A DNA stretch of 64,000 nucleotides from Moniliella sp. 'wahieum' (lineage: Eukaryota), in the NCBI GenBank assembly GCA_003971905.1, contig RSEE01000026.1:372001-436000 (forward strand). The letters are read 5' to 3'. The position numbers and the translations under genes were made by a program. Within the stretch, counting starts at the first letter, position 1. Every line of letters begins with the position of its first letter. Below, piece after piece: positions 26,311 through 41,604 of the stretch. The notes under the pieces were generated by a model. That model saw only the letters and a list, made by a program, of their open reading frames with translations. It was not told the DNA's origin and made no database searches.

Positions 26311-26627
26311 GGATCATGCTCCCTCTTGCGGCAGCCTGCGCCCGCCGGGGGGGGGTCGAGTGCTGTGGCTAGCCACAGTCCCTAGGCGTTACGCCAGGCG
26401 GCGGGGTGCAATGCGCATGAGGTAAGCACCCTGCACCCCCCCCCATCACGTGACACGCGCTGGCCTGTGGGGAACAGCAGCAGCCGTGCAACTTGAATGA
26501 ATTTTTGGCCGCATGGGCGCAACCCTCATTTGCCGCTCAGCCGCCCCCGGCCCGCTCCTCTCCTCTCCGCCGTGCCACTACGCCCCCTCCTCGCGCCCTC
26601 GCCCCCCTCGCCCCTCGCCGCTCTGCC

Positions 26628-27835
26628 ATGGCGCGTGGCCAGTGGGACTACCTGTCCAAGTTTGTCATTGTCGGCGACCCTGGGTGGGAAAGACGTCGCT
26701 GCTGCTCCGCCTCACCACGACCGCTTCCTCGCCGACACGGACCCCACCATTGGCGTCGAGTTTGGCGCCCACACGTTGACCCTCGCCAACGGCGATCGCA
26801 TCAAGATCCAGGTCTGGGACACGGCCAGCGAGACGTTTCGCTCGGTACGTCTCTCTCCGCTCTTTTCTTCAGCCGCCTTCTCTGTTGCAGATGGCCTGGT
26901 AGGGGCGACGCTGGCTGACCTTGGGACCGACGGCGGGCATGTGCGTGTGTGTGCAGCTGACAAGATCCTACTACCGCGGTGCGGCGGGCGCCTTGCTGGT
27001 GTATGACGTAACGTTTCGCGCGCTCCTTCGAGCATGTTGGGCGGTGGCTCGAGGACCTGCGCCAGTACGCCGACGAGGGCGTATCCATTGTCCTCATTGG
27101 CAATCGCACCGATCTCGCTCCTGACGAGGACAGCGAACAAGATCAAGATCAAGATCAAGATCAAGATCAAGAACCAAATCCAGATCCAGATCCAGAACAG
27201 CAACCGCACCAAGACGTCCACCAACCCCCCCTCTTGTCGCTCCCGTCGCTTCCCCCCAGGATGGGAGCAAGAGGGACGGTGAGGTAACCCCGTCTGCCTC
27301 CCATCCGCCCGGCGCACCTGCCTCTACCTCTTCGCCCTCCTCCCGTACAGCGGACCCAGACCGCGCGCTCCCTGTCCGCTCCAATGCGCATGCGTCCCGG
27401 CCCAGTCTCGGACCAAGGAAGAGGAGGCAAGTACTCGTGCCGAAGCGGCGGCGTGGGCGCACGAGAATGGGCTTTCGTTTGTCGAAACCAGTGCCAAGAC
27501 TGGGGACAATGTACAAGAAGCGTTTGCCTGCGCCGCACGCGAAATTCATGCCCGCTTTCTCGCGCGGGCTACCGCCCCGCCTACGGCTTCCCCCTCCACC
27601 CTTCGCCCGTCGTTGGAGACCACCGTACCCCGACCCGGCGAGCATTCCAACAAAGTGGGGGTTTGTTAGTTTCTCGTGGGTAGGGTAGGGGTGGGTGTGG
27701 GGTGTGCATGTGCATGTGCATGCGATGGATTTGGGGGCCGCATTGGGCACCCCTGTCGAGCTCCTATCGGCCTTTGTCGTTTTGACCACTGCGCGTTCGT
27801 GGGGACAGGCCAAGGCAAGAAGTCAGGGCTGGATC
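26628..27835 (+). CDS. Rab GTPase, Rab2/Rab4/Rab14-like
   Basis: WDYLSKFVIVGD.GVGKTSLL, PTIGVEFG, IKIQVWDTA, FRS|LTRSYYRGAAGALLVYDVT, LIGNRTDL, FVETSAKTGDNVQEAF. Intron ~26845-26956. The C-terminal Cys motif is not resolved. Confidence 0.88.
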
Positions 27836-28354
27836 GTCATTACGCCACCACGTCACTTCGTCACCATCTACTTCCCCTTTATTCATTTTTCGCTTGTCGC
27901 TTGTCGCTTGTCGCCTGCCGTCGTTCTTGTTGCCTTTCGCCGGTACTGTGCTCGACCCTCCCCACCTCCCCCCCCATTATCGCAGTTGTCTCTGTTGCCT
28001 CTGTTTCTTGATTATCGACGAACCTGGTTGGCCATGCCATGTGCTCGAGCTATGCTGAGGTGAGCGGTAACCGGTAGCCGGTGAGCCCACCCAGTGTGCT
28101 ATTGCGTCACCGCAGCTTGCGCTGCCCTACATGCTCACTAGTCGCTCAGCCTCGTAGTCCCAGCAAGCGCGCAAGGTACATTGGAGGTTACAAGGGTACA
28201 TGACACCCGACATAGCCACAAGGTGGGTGATACAGAGCTAGCAAATTCCGGTTCCCCGGACGGCGGACAGGGCCGCCCAAGGGAACGCATGAGCATACAA
28301 AGAGGTCTGAGCGAGAGACGGCGCGATGAGCAAAGGCAAGGACAAGGACACGAG

Positions 28355-28449
28355 CAAGGGAAAAGGGAAAAGGGCGAGGGAAAGGGAAAGGGAAAGGGAA
28401 AGGGAAAGGGAAAGGAAAGGGAAAGGGAAAGGGAAAGGGAAAGGGAAAG
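28355..28449. repeat. (GGGAAA)n hexamer microsatellite
   Basis: Run of gggaaa units just 3' of the Zn2Cys6 gene. Confidence 0.95.
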
Positions 28450-28478
28450 CAACGGGGGGAAGGAAAAATTTACATGAA

Positions 28479-31400
28479 TTACATGCTCGATGCGCCAGCA
28501 CCGATTGCGTGTCACCTTCAAGTGTATCAAACAGTTCGGTCCACGCTTGTTCCCACGCTACCCCAGGCGGGAACATGGACGGGTGCATGGAGCTGTCCAG
28601 GGCGGTTAACAGCCGGTCCCGAGGAAGGCGTGGTGACAGCGGCGCCGACATGCGCCAGCCCGGGAGACGGCTGCATGCCCGTCCAGGTCCCTGCCCGGCT
28701 CCTGGTCCGGGCCCAGGCGTAGACGGGTGAAGAGCAGGCCCCGTAGCTGCGGGGGTGGGTGCGAGACCAGCGGTACTCGATGGCGTCGTGGCAAATTCGC
28801 GCCCGCTTGCTAAAAAGTAGCTCATCAGGTCTTGCGAATCGTGGCCGGGCGTGCTGGGTCCGGGCGCGAGTTGGGTAGAGGAAGGCGTTTGCGGTCCCGT
28901 CGTCCCCGTCGCCGCAGACCAGCCGGGAACGCCTGCGGGTGTAGGCGCCAATGGAGGTGCGGTACTGGTGGCGGTAGGGGTACAGTCGCTGCCCCTGCCC
29001 CTGCCCCTGCCCCGACCCCGACTCCGACTCCGGCTGTGCCCAACAGATTCAATGGGCCAACTGCTGAAGGTTTTTGCTGCAAGCCTTGGATCCTTGAAGC
29101 GCACCGAGTTGTTGAAGTTGTTGAGAAGTGAAGTGAGTTCAGGTTCGCCCCTCCGCCCAGAACACCAAGGGAGAGTTGAGACAAGGCACTCAATCCACTC
29201 AGTTGGCTCAGCGAGCTCAAATCCCCCAGTCCCGAGGGCCAGCCAAGCCGGAGCGCAGCCAGCGCCCCCCCCACCCAACCCACCTAGCGCCCCCGGCCCC
29301 CAACTGGGGTACTCCACGTTTGGGGCGTCATATCGGCCAATCTGGAAAGACGCGCGTCCATAAGTTGCACCATCTCGTCATCGTCGGTCCCATTGGACGG
29401 GAGCTGCAGGTTGGGGCAGAGGCAGAAAGCGTGCCGTCCAAACCGGGAGCCACAACACTGGGCACAGGCGCGGTAGAGGTTGAAGGCAAGAGAAGATGGA
29501 TGGGGTACGTGGTGGGCGGCAAGTGAGGTGGATGGATCTGTTGGTTCTCCACCGACCCTGACCTGAACACCTGGACCCATCCCTTCCGGCACAGCAACGG
29601 GCGCTGGCGACCACGGTTCTGCGAGCGCAACATCTGTTGCTGAAGCCCCCGCTGGACCGTGGCAGCCATCAAACCTCGAGATTTTACTGACCCCATGCAG
29701 CACCGATCCTTCCACCGCCTGGCCCTCGTCCTTGAGTCGATCGATGATCCACGTCAAGTTGTCCTCCATCTCCCTCGTCTTCCGGACTGTCAAACCCAAT
29801 CACACTCGGTTCCAACATGGCCGACGAAGCAGGCCCCACATCCGACATGGCCTGGGTGGCGGGCCCTCCTCCTCCCTCACCCACACTGGCAGGCGACTTG
29901 GCTGCGGATTCGCCGTTCGGAGTGTCTGCCCACTAGGCACGTTGAGCCGGGTAGGGTGTCTCGGGGGGTGGAGGCGGTGGCCGGGGCTGGAGCTGAAGCC
30001 GGAACGGTGGGAGTGAAGAGAGGGTAAAATGTGCGTGGGCGGTACAACAAGTCGGTGATCATGGCCAAGCAGGCTTGGAAGAGGTAGTAGCGCCTGGATG
30101 CGGTCCCGGCGGGAGATCCAGTGTTGGCAGCCATCAGACGCGCCTCAATCACCAGCTGCCGTGCCGAGTCGAGCGCACGGGCACCGAGGCGACAAAGGGC
30201 TGGTCCGGATAACGGTATCCCTACTCATAAACGGCCGATGCAACTTGAGCGTGCGATAGTGAACCGTACCCCGGATCAGGCTTGCTTGCTTTTGGAGCCG
30301 CTTGATGTCAATGTTGTTTTTCAGTTCTTCTTGGCCAAACGTCAGATCCGTCTCGCGCCGCGTCCAGGCTCGCTGTGCCAAAACGTTGTGCAGCTTGGCG
30401 TCCAGTTTGAGTACTTCTTGGTAGTCCACCTCTTGCCCCAGCACCTCGGCTTGAATCGTCAACTCCTGTACCTGCCGCGCCACATCGGCTGCTTCCAGCA
30501 GACCGAGCCACGCATCATGCGGGCTCGGCATTCCCCTCCGACTGCTTTCTCGGGGTGCAGGCGCATAGGGAGGGCAGGTAGTGTAGCTGTATGGTCGGAT
30601 CGAGTAGGACCCATTTAAGCCCGAATGGTTCCAATCCGTCATGGCCAGTGCACTCCACACGGCCCTGCCAATTTCAAGGTTGTCCATGCTCATCTGTACG
30701 TCGGGATCGACCCACCAATGAGACGATTTTCGTAGACTCATATCCAGCGAAGCGTACAGGTCTGGTCGAGGCGCCGGCCCTGGCGCAGCACCCACACCCC
30801 GATCGTCTCGGCACCAAGAGCAGCCTCCTCGGGCGTCTGACCAGGGTAAGCAGGTGTATCTGCAGCCGAGCCAAGACGGTCCAATGCCAATCGCCGAGCC
30901 GCACGCATACCGCCATCCAACAGTTTCAGTAGGTCCTCGTGCCGGAAACGGTGAGCCAACGTGATGGCAGCCACCAAGCTGGCTTGGACCCCTTCGAGGG
31001 AAGGGTGAGCAGCCAACTCGTTTGCCTCGAGGCATTCGAGTGCCGTGTCAAGCCAATCATGGAGAAGCGTGGAAATTTGATCACTGCTCCGAACCAAGTT
31101 AAAAGAGATGATGGTGGTCGAAGGTAGCAGTTCCACAATCGCACTCAAGGCAAACAAGACGTACGCTAGAAACGTCAGGCGCGGCTGAGGTTCCCCCGCA
31201 CCGGGGCCGGTTCCGACCACCGGCTGGACCACCGCCGCAGGGCGCGGAGAAGAAGGGGCAATGGGGTTGTTGTCGTTGGCGTCGACAAGTCTTTGTCGAA
31301 TCATCCCACCCGGCCCATTCTCAACCACAGTAGGAAGCACATTCGCTCCCTTAGACCCAAAGCAACCGGCGACCGAGTCGTACAGCAGATCCAGCTCCTT

Positions 31401-33505
31401 CATCACAAAGTCCACCCGCACAAACGGGGTGATCATTCCCAATTCCTCAAGGTACATATTGATCAACTGCACCGTCTGCGGTTTGCCTGGCAGCAGTGCC
31501 AGTGCCCGCGTTTTGGCTTTGGCCTCATTTAACGAACTCTTTTGCAACACCTTCTCTCCGATCGCCAAGAGCGCATTGGCATTCCCATCTTGCTGGCCCA
31601 TCCCCAACCCACCAAGACCGACCCTGGAAACACCCCAGGGCCCGGGGTGGCACTGGCGCTCCCTGGATGCGTGCTGGTTGTTGATGGTGCTGGGGTCTGG
31701 GTCTGGTGCGAGTCGGATCGGGGACGGCCCCATTCCGGTGCAGGTGCTTCGCTGCCTGTCCTTTGCGCCCTCGCATCATTGTTGGTGGCGGTGGGGTTGG
31801 TCCCAGTCGAGCGACCTTCTTGCTCGTCGGGGGCAAGTGAGTCGTCATCAGCAGCGCCTGCCTCCTCCTCCTGTCCGTCCTTGGCTGTAGCCTCGTCACG
31901 GGGCCGGTCGTTCTCGTGGACGTCCCCGAGCCTCCTCACCCGACGAAATCGGATCGGGCAAGGGGAGTTTGGTGCGGTGCAGACGGTTGTCAAACACAGG
32001 GCTAGAAGCCGAGCGGCGATGCCTTTTTCGAACTACCGTAGGCTCATCGTGGCCTTCAGCCGTATCCAGTCGGACACGGTTGGGCGGGGGAGAGAAGACT
32101 TGGATTTCGGTTGTCCCGTCTGCTCCGGGCCATCCGACGCAGATTCCGTGTCTTGCCGGCCTTCTCGGTAGAGACGTTGCAGCCCCAACACGGCACTCGT
32201 CGTGTCCTGGTTTCCTAGCGCATCGAGCAGCTCCGTGGTATGTTCGTTGCCTGACCGCCAAGGACGGTTCTGAGACGGCAGGCGTGCCTGGTCGCGTGCT
32301 CCTGATGGAGGGAGGCGCGACATGGAACTGGCCCGGCGAAGTTGGGCAGCCTCAGCCACGATCGCAAAAGCAGGCATGGGCGCGACGTGGGCTCGAGGGA
32401 CGGTGGTGGGATTGACTGCGCGGGCCAGGGGCAGAGATGTAGTGCGGGCTGGCACCAGCGCTGCTCATTGGCGCCGAGGCGGGACTTGCCTTGGTCGAAA
32501 CTCCTGGGGCAGTCGTAGCGGCTGAGAGGGGCGTGTGCGGCAACCCGTTAAAGGCTGGGTCGGACGAGCCAAGTGCAGTGATCAGTGCGTGTAACCCATT
32601 CTGCGCCGAGGTGGGTGCAATCGAGTCGCCCTGGGGAGAAGAGGAGGCACTGAATCGATTCTCATATGCTGCTGCCCCTGTAGGTGGATAGGGCGGATAC
32701 TGGCCAAGAGCTACAGCAGCGGCAGCGGCTGCAGCCGCAGCCTGTTGGGCGGCACGCGCTTGAGCTTGAGCTTGGACTTGCGCGTGAGCTTGAGCCTGCG
32801 CTTGAGCTTGGATACGTGCGGCCTGGTACGTGCATGAACAGCCAGCTGGGCATGAGCGGCAGCGGAAGGGGTGCTTCCGTTTGCAGGAAGGGCGGGTGGA
32901 GGGAAGCCCATAGGCATCGTGACTGGCGGCATACCTGGGGCAGGAGCCGGCGCAGGTGCATTTGGGCTATCCCCGTCAAGACGGGAGCGTTTGAGGCTGG
33001 CGGGTTCGTCGTCGTCTTCGTCGCTCTCGTCCGAGTCATCTTCATCGTCATGAGCATGACCGGAGGAAGCATCTGCAGGGGGGTGCCCGCCCTCTCGTGC
33101 TGCCTTGGCGGCTTTGCGGTTGGCACGGCGACGCTCGCCCTCCTCGAGTTTGCGAAGACGAGCAAGGCGCTCCTCTGACGTCTCGTGGTCGCGCTCGTCG
33201 CCAAACTTGCATCGCTCAAGAGGGAGTTTGCGCTTGACGCAGGCGGAGCATCCTGGGAGTGTCGGTCGCATCTGGTGGGGTGGGGGGGGGGTTAGTGGGA
33301 GAGGACAGGGGGGAGGGGTGGGACTGACTTGAGCTTGCGCTGGCGACACTCGGTGCAGGAGATGGGCTGGCGCTGCTTGCGGGGGCGCTTGGTGTGGGCT
33401 GGGCGGGCGGGCGGGGCGTGGAGGGGGGGGGGGGAGGAGGAGGGTCGGGCGGGTGGAGGGGGGGGCGGTGAGGGCGGCAGCGGAGGACGGGGTGCTGGTG
33501 CTCAT
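28479..33505 (-). CDS. Zn(II)2Cys6 transcription factor with fungal middle-homology region
   Basis: RQPISCTECRQRKLK|CDRH..CSACVKRKLPLERC across intron 33272-33328. Middle region LPGKPQTVQLINMYLEE..PFV, ARRLALDRL, LKLHRPFM. Q/A repeats; many frameshifts. Confidence 0.85.
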
Positions 33506-34504
33506 GGGCCAGCAGGAGAGGGGTGGGGGTGGGGGTGGTGGTGGGTCGTATGCCGGGTGGGTTGATGGTTGATGCGGATGAGATGGCTTGCTGCGTTGGC
33601 ATGCCAGAGTCAGTACCCAGTGTGGCTGCCAACCGCGTCTGCACGAAAAAAAGACAGGGCTAACCCTAGGGGGGCATGCCTGGCTAGCTCGGCTGGTGTG
33701 CTGCTGTGCCACGCAGACCCTGACTGCCCATTTCAAATGCAACTGGCTCTCAATCTCAACGTCCAACTTTCAAGCAATGCGTTAGTGCTGTGGCTGAGCT
33801 CAGCCACGCCCTCCGGGGCGTGATAAACGTTAAACGTTAGACGTCACCCATCCACATCACATTGAACCGAACGCTGCGCGTGACGCGTGGCAGCGATACA
33901 GCTTAGCTGATCAGCGATCTGCAGCATGCAAAATTGCTCATCGATTACCGATGGGTGCCCATGGCCGCAGGGAGCGAGGCGGGGCACAACGTGGAAGCGG
34001 CACCGCGGCACAGCGCGCAGCAGCCCACGCCCTCTGAATCTGAAAGCTGCAGCAGCGGGGGCAGGGCACCGGTGAGGTGATCGGACGGGTGATGCACATG
34101 CATCCTGCCAGCGCACGCCGCCCCAGTGCTTCGCCCAGCCGTGGCAGGCACCACACAGCACAGCCCAGCAACGCACAGCACAGCGCCGGCCGGCGTCGGC
34201 CTGCGTCGGCGTTGGCCGGCATATACGAGCCACGCCTTCGCTGGTACTAACTCACCGGCTCCAGCATCCACCCCCCGCTGCCCCTCTGCTCCCCACCCAC
34301 GTCCCCCGGGTCTCCTAATCAGCCCATCCCCCCCCCCCCCCCCGACTGACTGCGCAGGCATGTCGTCCACCCAGTCACCGCTGCTGCCTGCCAGCAGCCC
34401 CACTGCGCCCACCCCCACCCCACCACCCCCGCCTCCACCACCCCTCCCCCTCCCTCTCCCTCTCCCCGTCCCCGTCCCCCTCGGCCTCGCCTGCGTCTTC
34501 CCTC

Positions 34505-36428
34505 ATGGACACTCCCCACCTCCCCTCCAGCTGCCCCTCCCCGCCTCCTTCCCCCCGCCGACCCCGGTGCCGCCCTCCCGCTCCCCCCCGCCCTCCGTCT
34601 CGACACCCCCCGCACCACCATCACCCGTGCCCAGCTCGCCGCCCGCATCGCCCAGGGCGAGACATTGGTCCTGCGCGGCCGCGTCGTGTACAAGCTTGAT
34701 GCCTGGCTCTCTCGCCATCCCGGCGGTGCCCTTGCCATCCTCCATTTCGTGGGCCGCGACGCGCAAGACGAAATTGAGGCATACCACAGCGACGAAGCAC
34801 TGGAGCGCATGCGCCGCTTTGCCATCGCCACCCTTGTCCTCCCTGGTGACCCTCTCTACCCCACTTCCAACCCCTCCTTGACACAACCTGACCAGGAGGC
34901 GGAAACGCTTCTCAGGGCCGCCGATCGCGTCGAGCCAGTCCTGGAGCCACGTGACCAGCCCCCGGTTTACCGCAACCTGGTTCCTCCCATCCAACTGGGC
35001 TACCGCCAATCCGCTGGACTCAGCCACCCCCACGCGCAGCTCGACACGTGGGAACTGTACTTGCGCCGTATTGCCAACTTGCGAGCCGATGGCAAGACAG
35101 ATCTTCTGCCCGAGAAGGTTTCCTGGCCCCCGGAGCGGCCCACCGGCTTCCCCTTGCCACTCTTGCTCCTGGAGCCACGGCCCGACAATGCCTCCCTTGA
35201 TCCTGTCCGCCAAGACGCCATCAGTGCCGATTACCGTGCATTGCACCGTCGCATTCGAGCTGATGGCATGTACAAGCTCCGCTTTTGGACGGGCTATGCC
35301 AGGGAGATGGTCCGCTACTCCCTTCTCGCTCTCACCGCTTGGTGGCTTTTCCGCCTTGCTGTGGGCGCCCCATGGCAGAGTTGGAAGCAGTATGGGCTGT
35401 TTCCTTGAGCTCCTTCTACCGGCTTGGCTTGGCACCAGGTCACTTTTGTCGCCCACGATGCTGCCCACGATGGGATTACGCACAAGCACTTTTTTGATCG
35501 GTTGCTGGGCACGGTGATTGCCGACTTGATCGGCGGTCTGTCTCTGTCGTGGTGGGCCGACAACCACGATACCCATCACCTTGTTACCAACCACACCGAG
35601 CACGACCCTGATATCCAGCACCTCCCCTTTTTTGCCATCTCGCCTGTGTTTTTGCAGTACCAAGTCGACCCCAACACTGCCGCGATTGCCGCTGCTTCGG
35701 CCAAGTCCGCATCCCACGAGCCACTTGACGACCCCCCCGAGCCTGCCGGCAAACCAAGCCGCGTCACGCGCGGCCTATGGACCAGCTACTATGGCCGTGT
35801 TATGCTCTTTGATGGCGCGGCCAAACTCTTGGTCGCGGCCCAGCACAAGCTGTACTACATTGTCATGGGTCTCGCCCGCTTCAACCTGTACGCCCAATCG
35901 TACATTTTCCTCGCCACGCGCCCGTCGAGACGGATGGTGGTACTTTGAACTGTGTCTACTGCCTTTCTACTGGATGTGGACCTGGACCTGCGTCTTGGCG
36001 CCTCAACCGGGATGGGCGATGCGGGTGGTGTGGTTACTGATTTGCCACGTTGTTGCGTCTCCGCTCCACATCCAAATTGTGCTTTCGCATTTCGGTCAAA
36101 GCACCGAGGAACAAGGCGCGTCCGAAACGTTCTCTGCTCGACAACTACGCACCACAATGGACGTTCAGTGCGCTCCGTCTATTGAGTTTATCCACGGTGG
36201 GTTGCACATGCAAGTCACCCACCACCTCTTCCCGCGTCTTCCGCGGCACAACCTCCGCCTCGTGCGCGATCGCTACGTGCGTCCCTGGGCACAGAAGTGG
36301 GGCCTCCCCTACGAAGAATACACGTTTGTCAAGGGAAACCTCAAAGTACTCGATGTCTTGCGCAGCGTCTCAAACCAAGTCGACATTCTGGCGCAGGTCG
36401 CCGCCGCGGTGCCGAGGGCAAAATCTAG
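34505..36428 (+). CDS. Sphingolipid delta-8 desaturase (cytochrome b5 fusion, Sld1-like)
   Basis: HPGG b5 motif; His boxes HDAAH, HDTHH and QVTHHLFP; GGLSLSWW and EHDPDIQHLPFFA. The likely true end is ..AEGKI* at 36426-36428. Confidence 0.92.
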
Positions 36429-37085
36429 GTATCTAGGCATGTGGCTTGTCGCGGGTCCTTCGCTCAAGCTGCGCGCGCTTACGCTTGCGCTTGTGTGCAA
36501 ATAAATGCTCACTGCGCGCCGATAAACGCGTAAAGCTTCTGCCCCGCTTCAAGTTTCGCTTCAAGTTTCATGGTACGGTGCAGGATGCATCGGGGTTTGG
36601 TTGGTGTGGTGGACCAGTTGGGAGAGGCTAAAATGGAGTGTCCTGTTTTCTTCCTTTTGGCCACGGTTAAAAGCAAGGGGGAAGGAAAAGTGCGTTCTGC
36701 ATCACTAGATCAAATGGATCTCATTATGCCGTCCCACAGGATAGATCGATCGCCAGTAGAGTTGTTCCCAATGCCGCCTTGGGTGGCATAAGGCCTCTGC
36801 TCCTAGTTCCCCCGCAAGTAAGGTCGGCGGAAGGCGCTCTTACTGTGTCGCGGTTGGATTGGCCGAGTAGCCCGCGCATCGGAAGGTGGATTCAGCATTG
36901 AAACTTGAAATTGAAATCAAAACGCAACAACGTTTCACGTGACAATTCCGCCCCGTGTCTGATTATGATTACCAAACTGCGCCAGCGTTTCCGACTGAGC
37001 CGGAACATCGCTGGGGGGGTTAGCACTGCTCCTCTCTCTCGCCTGCCTGCCCTCACTCCCACACCTCCTTCCCGCCTTGGATCCC

Positions 37086-37927
37086 ATGGCCGCGCTTCGC
37101 ATCCTGCCTCGGGCTGGGCTGCTCGCAACGGGCGTAGCCACCGCCGGTTTCCTCTCGCCCGTGTTTGCCGACGAGAGCGTCTCTTCGCCGCTGTACGCCG
37201 TGCCCAAGCCCATCGTCACCCTCGTGCCCGTCGAGACCGAGCTGCAAACTCAAGTGGGCGTGGTGCGTCGTCACCTTGAGGCAGCTACCGCTCGAGCCGC
37301 GACCAGATCTTTGGCTTGGTCAATAGCTGGATCCACTTTGAGCACACTGTCGAAGCCCGCATCAAGTCCCTCGTCCCGCCCCAGGAACCTGTCGTGCCAG
37401 GCTTGCTGTATGTCGGGGTGGCGACGCTCGCGGGCTCCATCTATGGCCGGTACCGTACGTACTTACTGGGTTGATCTCATTTCCCTTTCCATTTTCCTTT
37501 TCCTTTTCCTTTTCCTTTTCCTTTTTACGTTTTGTTCTCATCTGCTCCCCCTTGGGGATGGATGCCACTTGTTCACCGACACTGACGCTTCTCCTCGGGT
37601 TTCTAGGTTCGCTGCCTGTGCGTCTGCTCGCGCCGCCGGTTTGGTCGCGTCGATGGCGTACTTCCAGCCGGGCCTGAGCAGCAACCTGGTTGCCTACTAC
37701 AAGGAACTGGAGCACGCGCACCTGCCCGCCTCGGTCACTGAGCAACGTGTCGCAGCGGAAAAGCAGTGGGCCCAGGCGCGCGCCACCACCTCGAGCGCGA
37801 CCCACGACGCGGCGTCCACCCTCTCGTCGTGGTGGAACGAGTCGTTGGTCGCGGTGCAGAATGCTAGGGTCTCACCGTTGCTCCGCATGCTGCCCCCGCC
37901 GAACCGGCCCCGGAACCAGCCAAGTAA
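37086..37927 (+). CDS. MICOS subunit Mic26/Mic27 (apolipoprotein O family)
   Basis: LY..TELQTQVGVVR..WIHFEHTVEARIKSLVP..EPVVPGLLYVGVATLAGSI..R. Intron ~37454-37607 containing a (TTTCCT)n tract. Confidence 0.8.
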
Positions 37928-39101
37928 AAACATAATTTCCATTTCTGCTCTGTTCTTCTCCCTCCCCCTCTTGATGATGCCGAGCGTAGGTAGTGTGCTT
38001 TCCCTGCTTCTGCTAAGATTAGGTCGAGTCGCGTGCCTCGCCTCGCTGCCATGCATGATCTAGAATGTAGATCGGTAGATCGATGCCCAACGAACGCAGA
38101 ACGCTCGCTTTGTCCTCCGAGGCAGACCAAAGCATGGGAACCTTCGAAGTGCAAGCATGTACTCTTGCGGCTGTTGCCCTGGTAGCCATGGACACCAGCG
38201 TACCGTGCTGCGGAATGTGGCCTCCACACACGTACTCCCACCTCGGGACGAAGCAACCCCCTCGAATCCAAGAGAGGACGTAGTAGCTGATACGTCCACT
38301 GACTGTCAGAAATTTAGAGGATCGAGGCTGCTTTTAGTCTTCTCGGTCATCTCGAGGGGCAATTGCATAGTACGCTCCAACGACCTCGACCTCGACGCCA
38401 TCGTCCACGCAAGTGCCGGTATGAGAGACTCTACTAAAGGAAGCTCGACCCGCGAGCTCCTGGTGCATTTGTCGTCCTGCTTGAGTCCACCTCCGTACTC
38501 GTTGAAATGCATGAGGCAGCGAGAGAAGTACCCTCCCTGTGGATCCCAGTCGGCCTCTCCGACGCAATTATCCTGACCCAACGCGGCACGACACGATCGC
38601 CTCATCCAGCCACGCGTTCGTTAGTGGTACCTGTCCAATTCGGTAAGGTGCATCGACCCGGATCTTGTTCGACTCAGCGGGCCACCTAGTACATATTTGG
38701 GGATGGGCTGTGAGTGGGTCCAGGGCCTGCAGCATGCTGTACCGCAGCAGTAGCAGGAACATATGTTGCTCACCTTAGATTCATCGTTCACGTCGTACAG
38801 GAGCTGAAGGGGCCTGCTCGTTATGCCGTGGCATCCTCAGCCTTTTTCAAACCAGGTGTTGACGCTGCCTAAGCTGGGAGGTTGTGGGTTGTAGGCTCCT
38901 TCCACAGTTTACACATTGACCGGGAGATCATTAGTATGACACAAAAGGTATAAGACGTTTCTGAGCTGGAGCAGGCTGTGCCTGTAGCATACGGATTGGT
39001 TCGCAGTAAGGCGGCTCAAGGAGAGCTCTTGCTTTGGTTGTGCCGACACAAACACATGAACATGGACATTGCATGTCTACGAAACCTGCCGAATGCAAAA
39101 A

Positions 39102-39190
39102 TGGACGAATAGGGAATCGAACCCCAGACCTCACACAGTGTTTACGCAGAAGATGCGAAGCGTGCGCTCTACCAACTGAGCTATCCGCCC
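39102..39190 (-). tRNA. tRNA-Ala(CGC) with 16-nt intron
   Basis: GGGCGGATAGCTCAGTTGGTAGAGCG-CACGC-TTCGCA-[intron]-TGTGTG..GGTTCGATTCC..TTCGTCC-A. Has the G3:U70 Ala identity pair; oligo-T downstream. Confidence 0.93.
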
Positions 39191-39606
39191 GAGCTCTGCA
39201 CAGCAGCAGCAGCAGCATTCAGCCAAGGTATGAAGGCAAAGCGACGAGCAACATGTCTGCAAGCAGCATCCGAAGGGAAGGGGATAGGACACAGGACGGA
39301 GCGAAAGTAAGGTGGTGCGAGCAAAAGGCTCCGCAGCCTGCCGAGCTCAGCCCTTCCGCCCGACATGGCGGGTGGCACACGTCACTGGCGTCACCGGGTC
39401 ACGAATCAGCTGAGATCCGTGGATTGAAACCCTAGCACTACCTCTCCCACGGCCGTATGGGTTGTAGTGTTGTCGCAGTTTCCTAACATGCAACAAATCA
39501 GATCGAGGCGCTACAGGAACAAAAGGGATTGGCGGGCACTGTTTGTTTTGGCAACGCATCATTGAATTGGGCTTAGGGGGCCTACGTTTCGATGGGTGCG
39601 GGGAGC

Positions 39607-41267
<1,661 letters not shown>

Positions 41268-41604
41268 GGTGCAGAGACGGGCGGTGGGGACGAGAGCAGA
41301 AGTGCCAACACGGCCCGGCGGACCAGCCCAAGCCGGGGCAGCCACGAAAGAAGAACCGCCAAGCCGCCTGCGGGCTCGGGGCCTGTGTCGGCCCGCCCGG
41401 CACTGCCCCTGTGCCTGCGCCCCGGGCGGCAGCCAGCGCAGCAGCCAGCGTGCCCTGCTGCCAGGCACAGCGCCAGTCTACCTGCCTTTACTAATCCTGC
41501 CCTGCCCAGCCCTCCCTTACGTGAGCTGGGCAGCGCGCACGATTCCGCCGCGGTGCAAGTCCGCCCACGCACCCCGCGAAGCGAATAAGCGCATCCCTCT
41601 TTCC

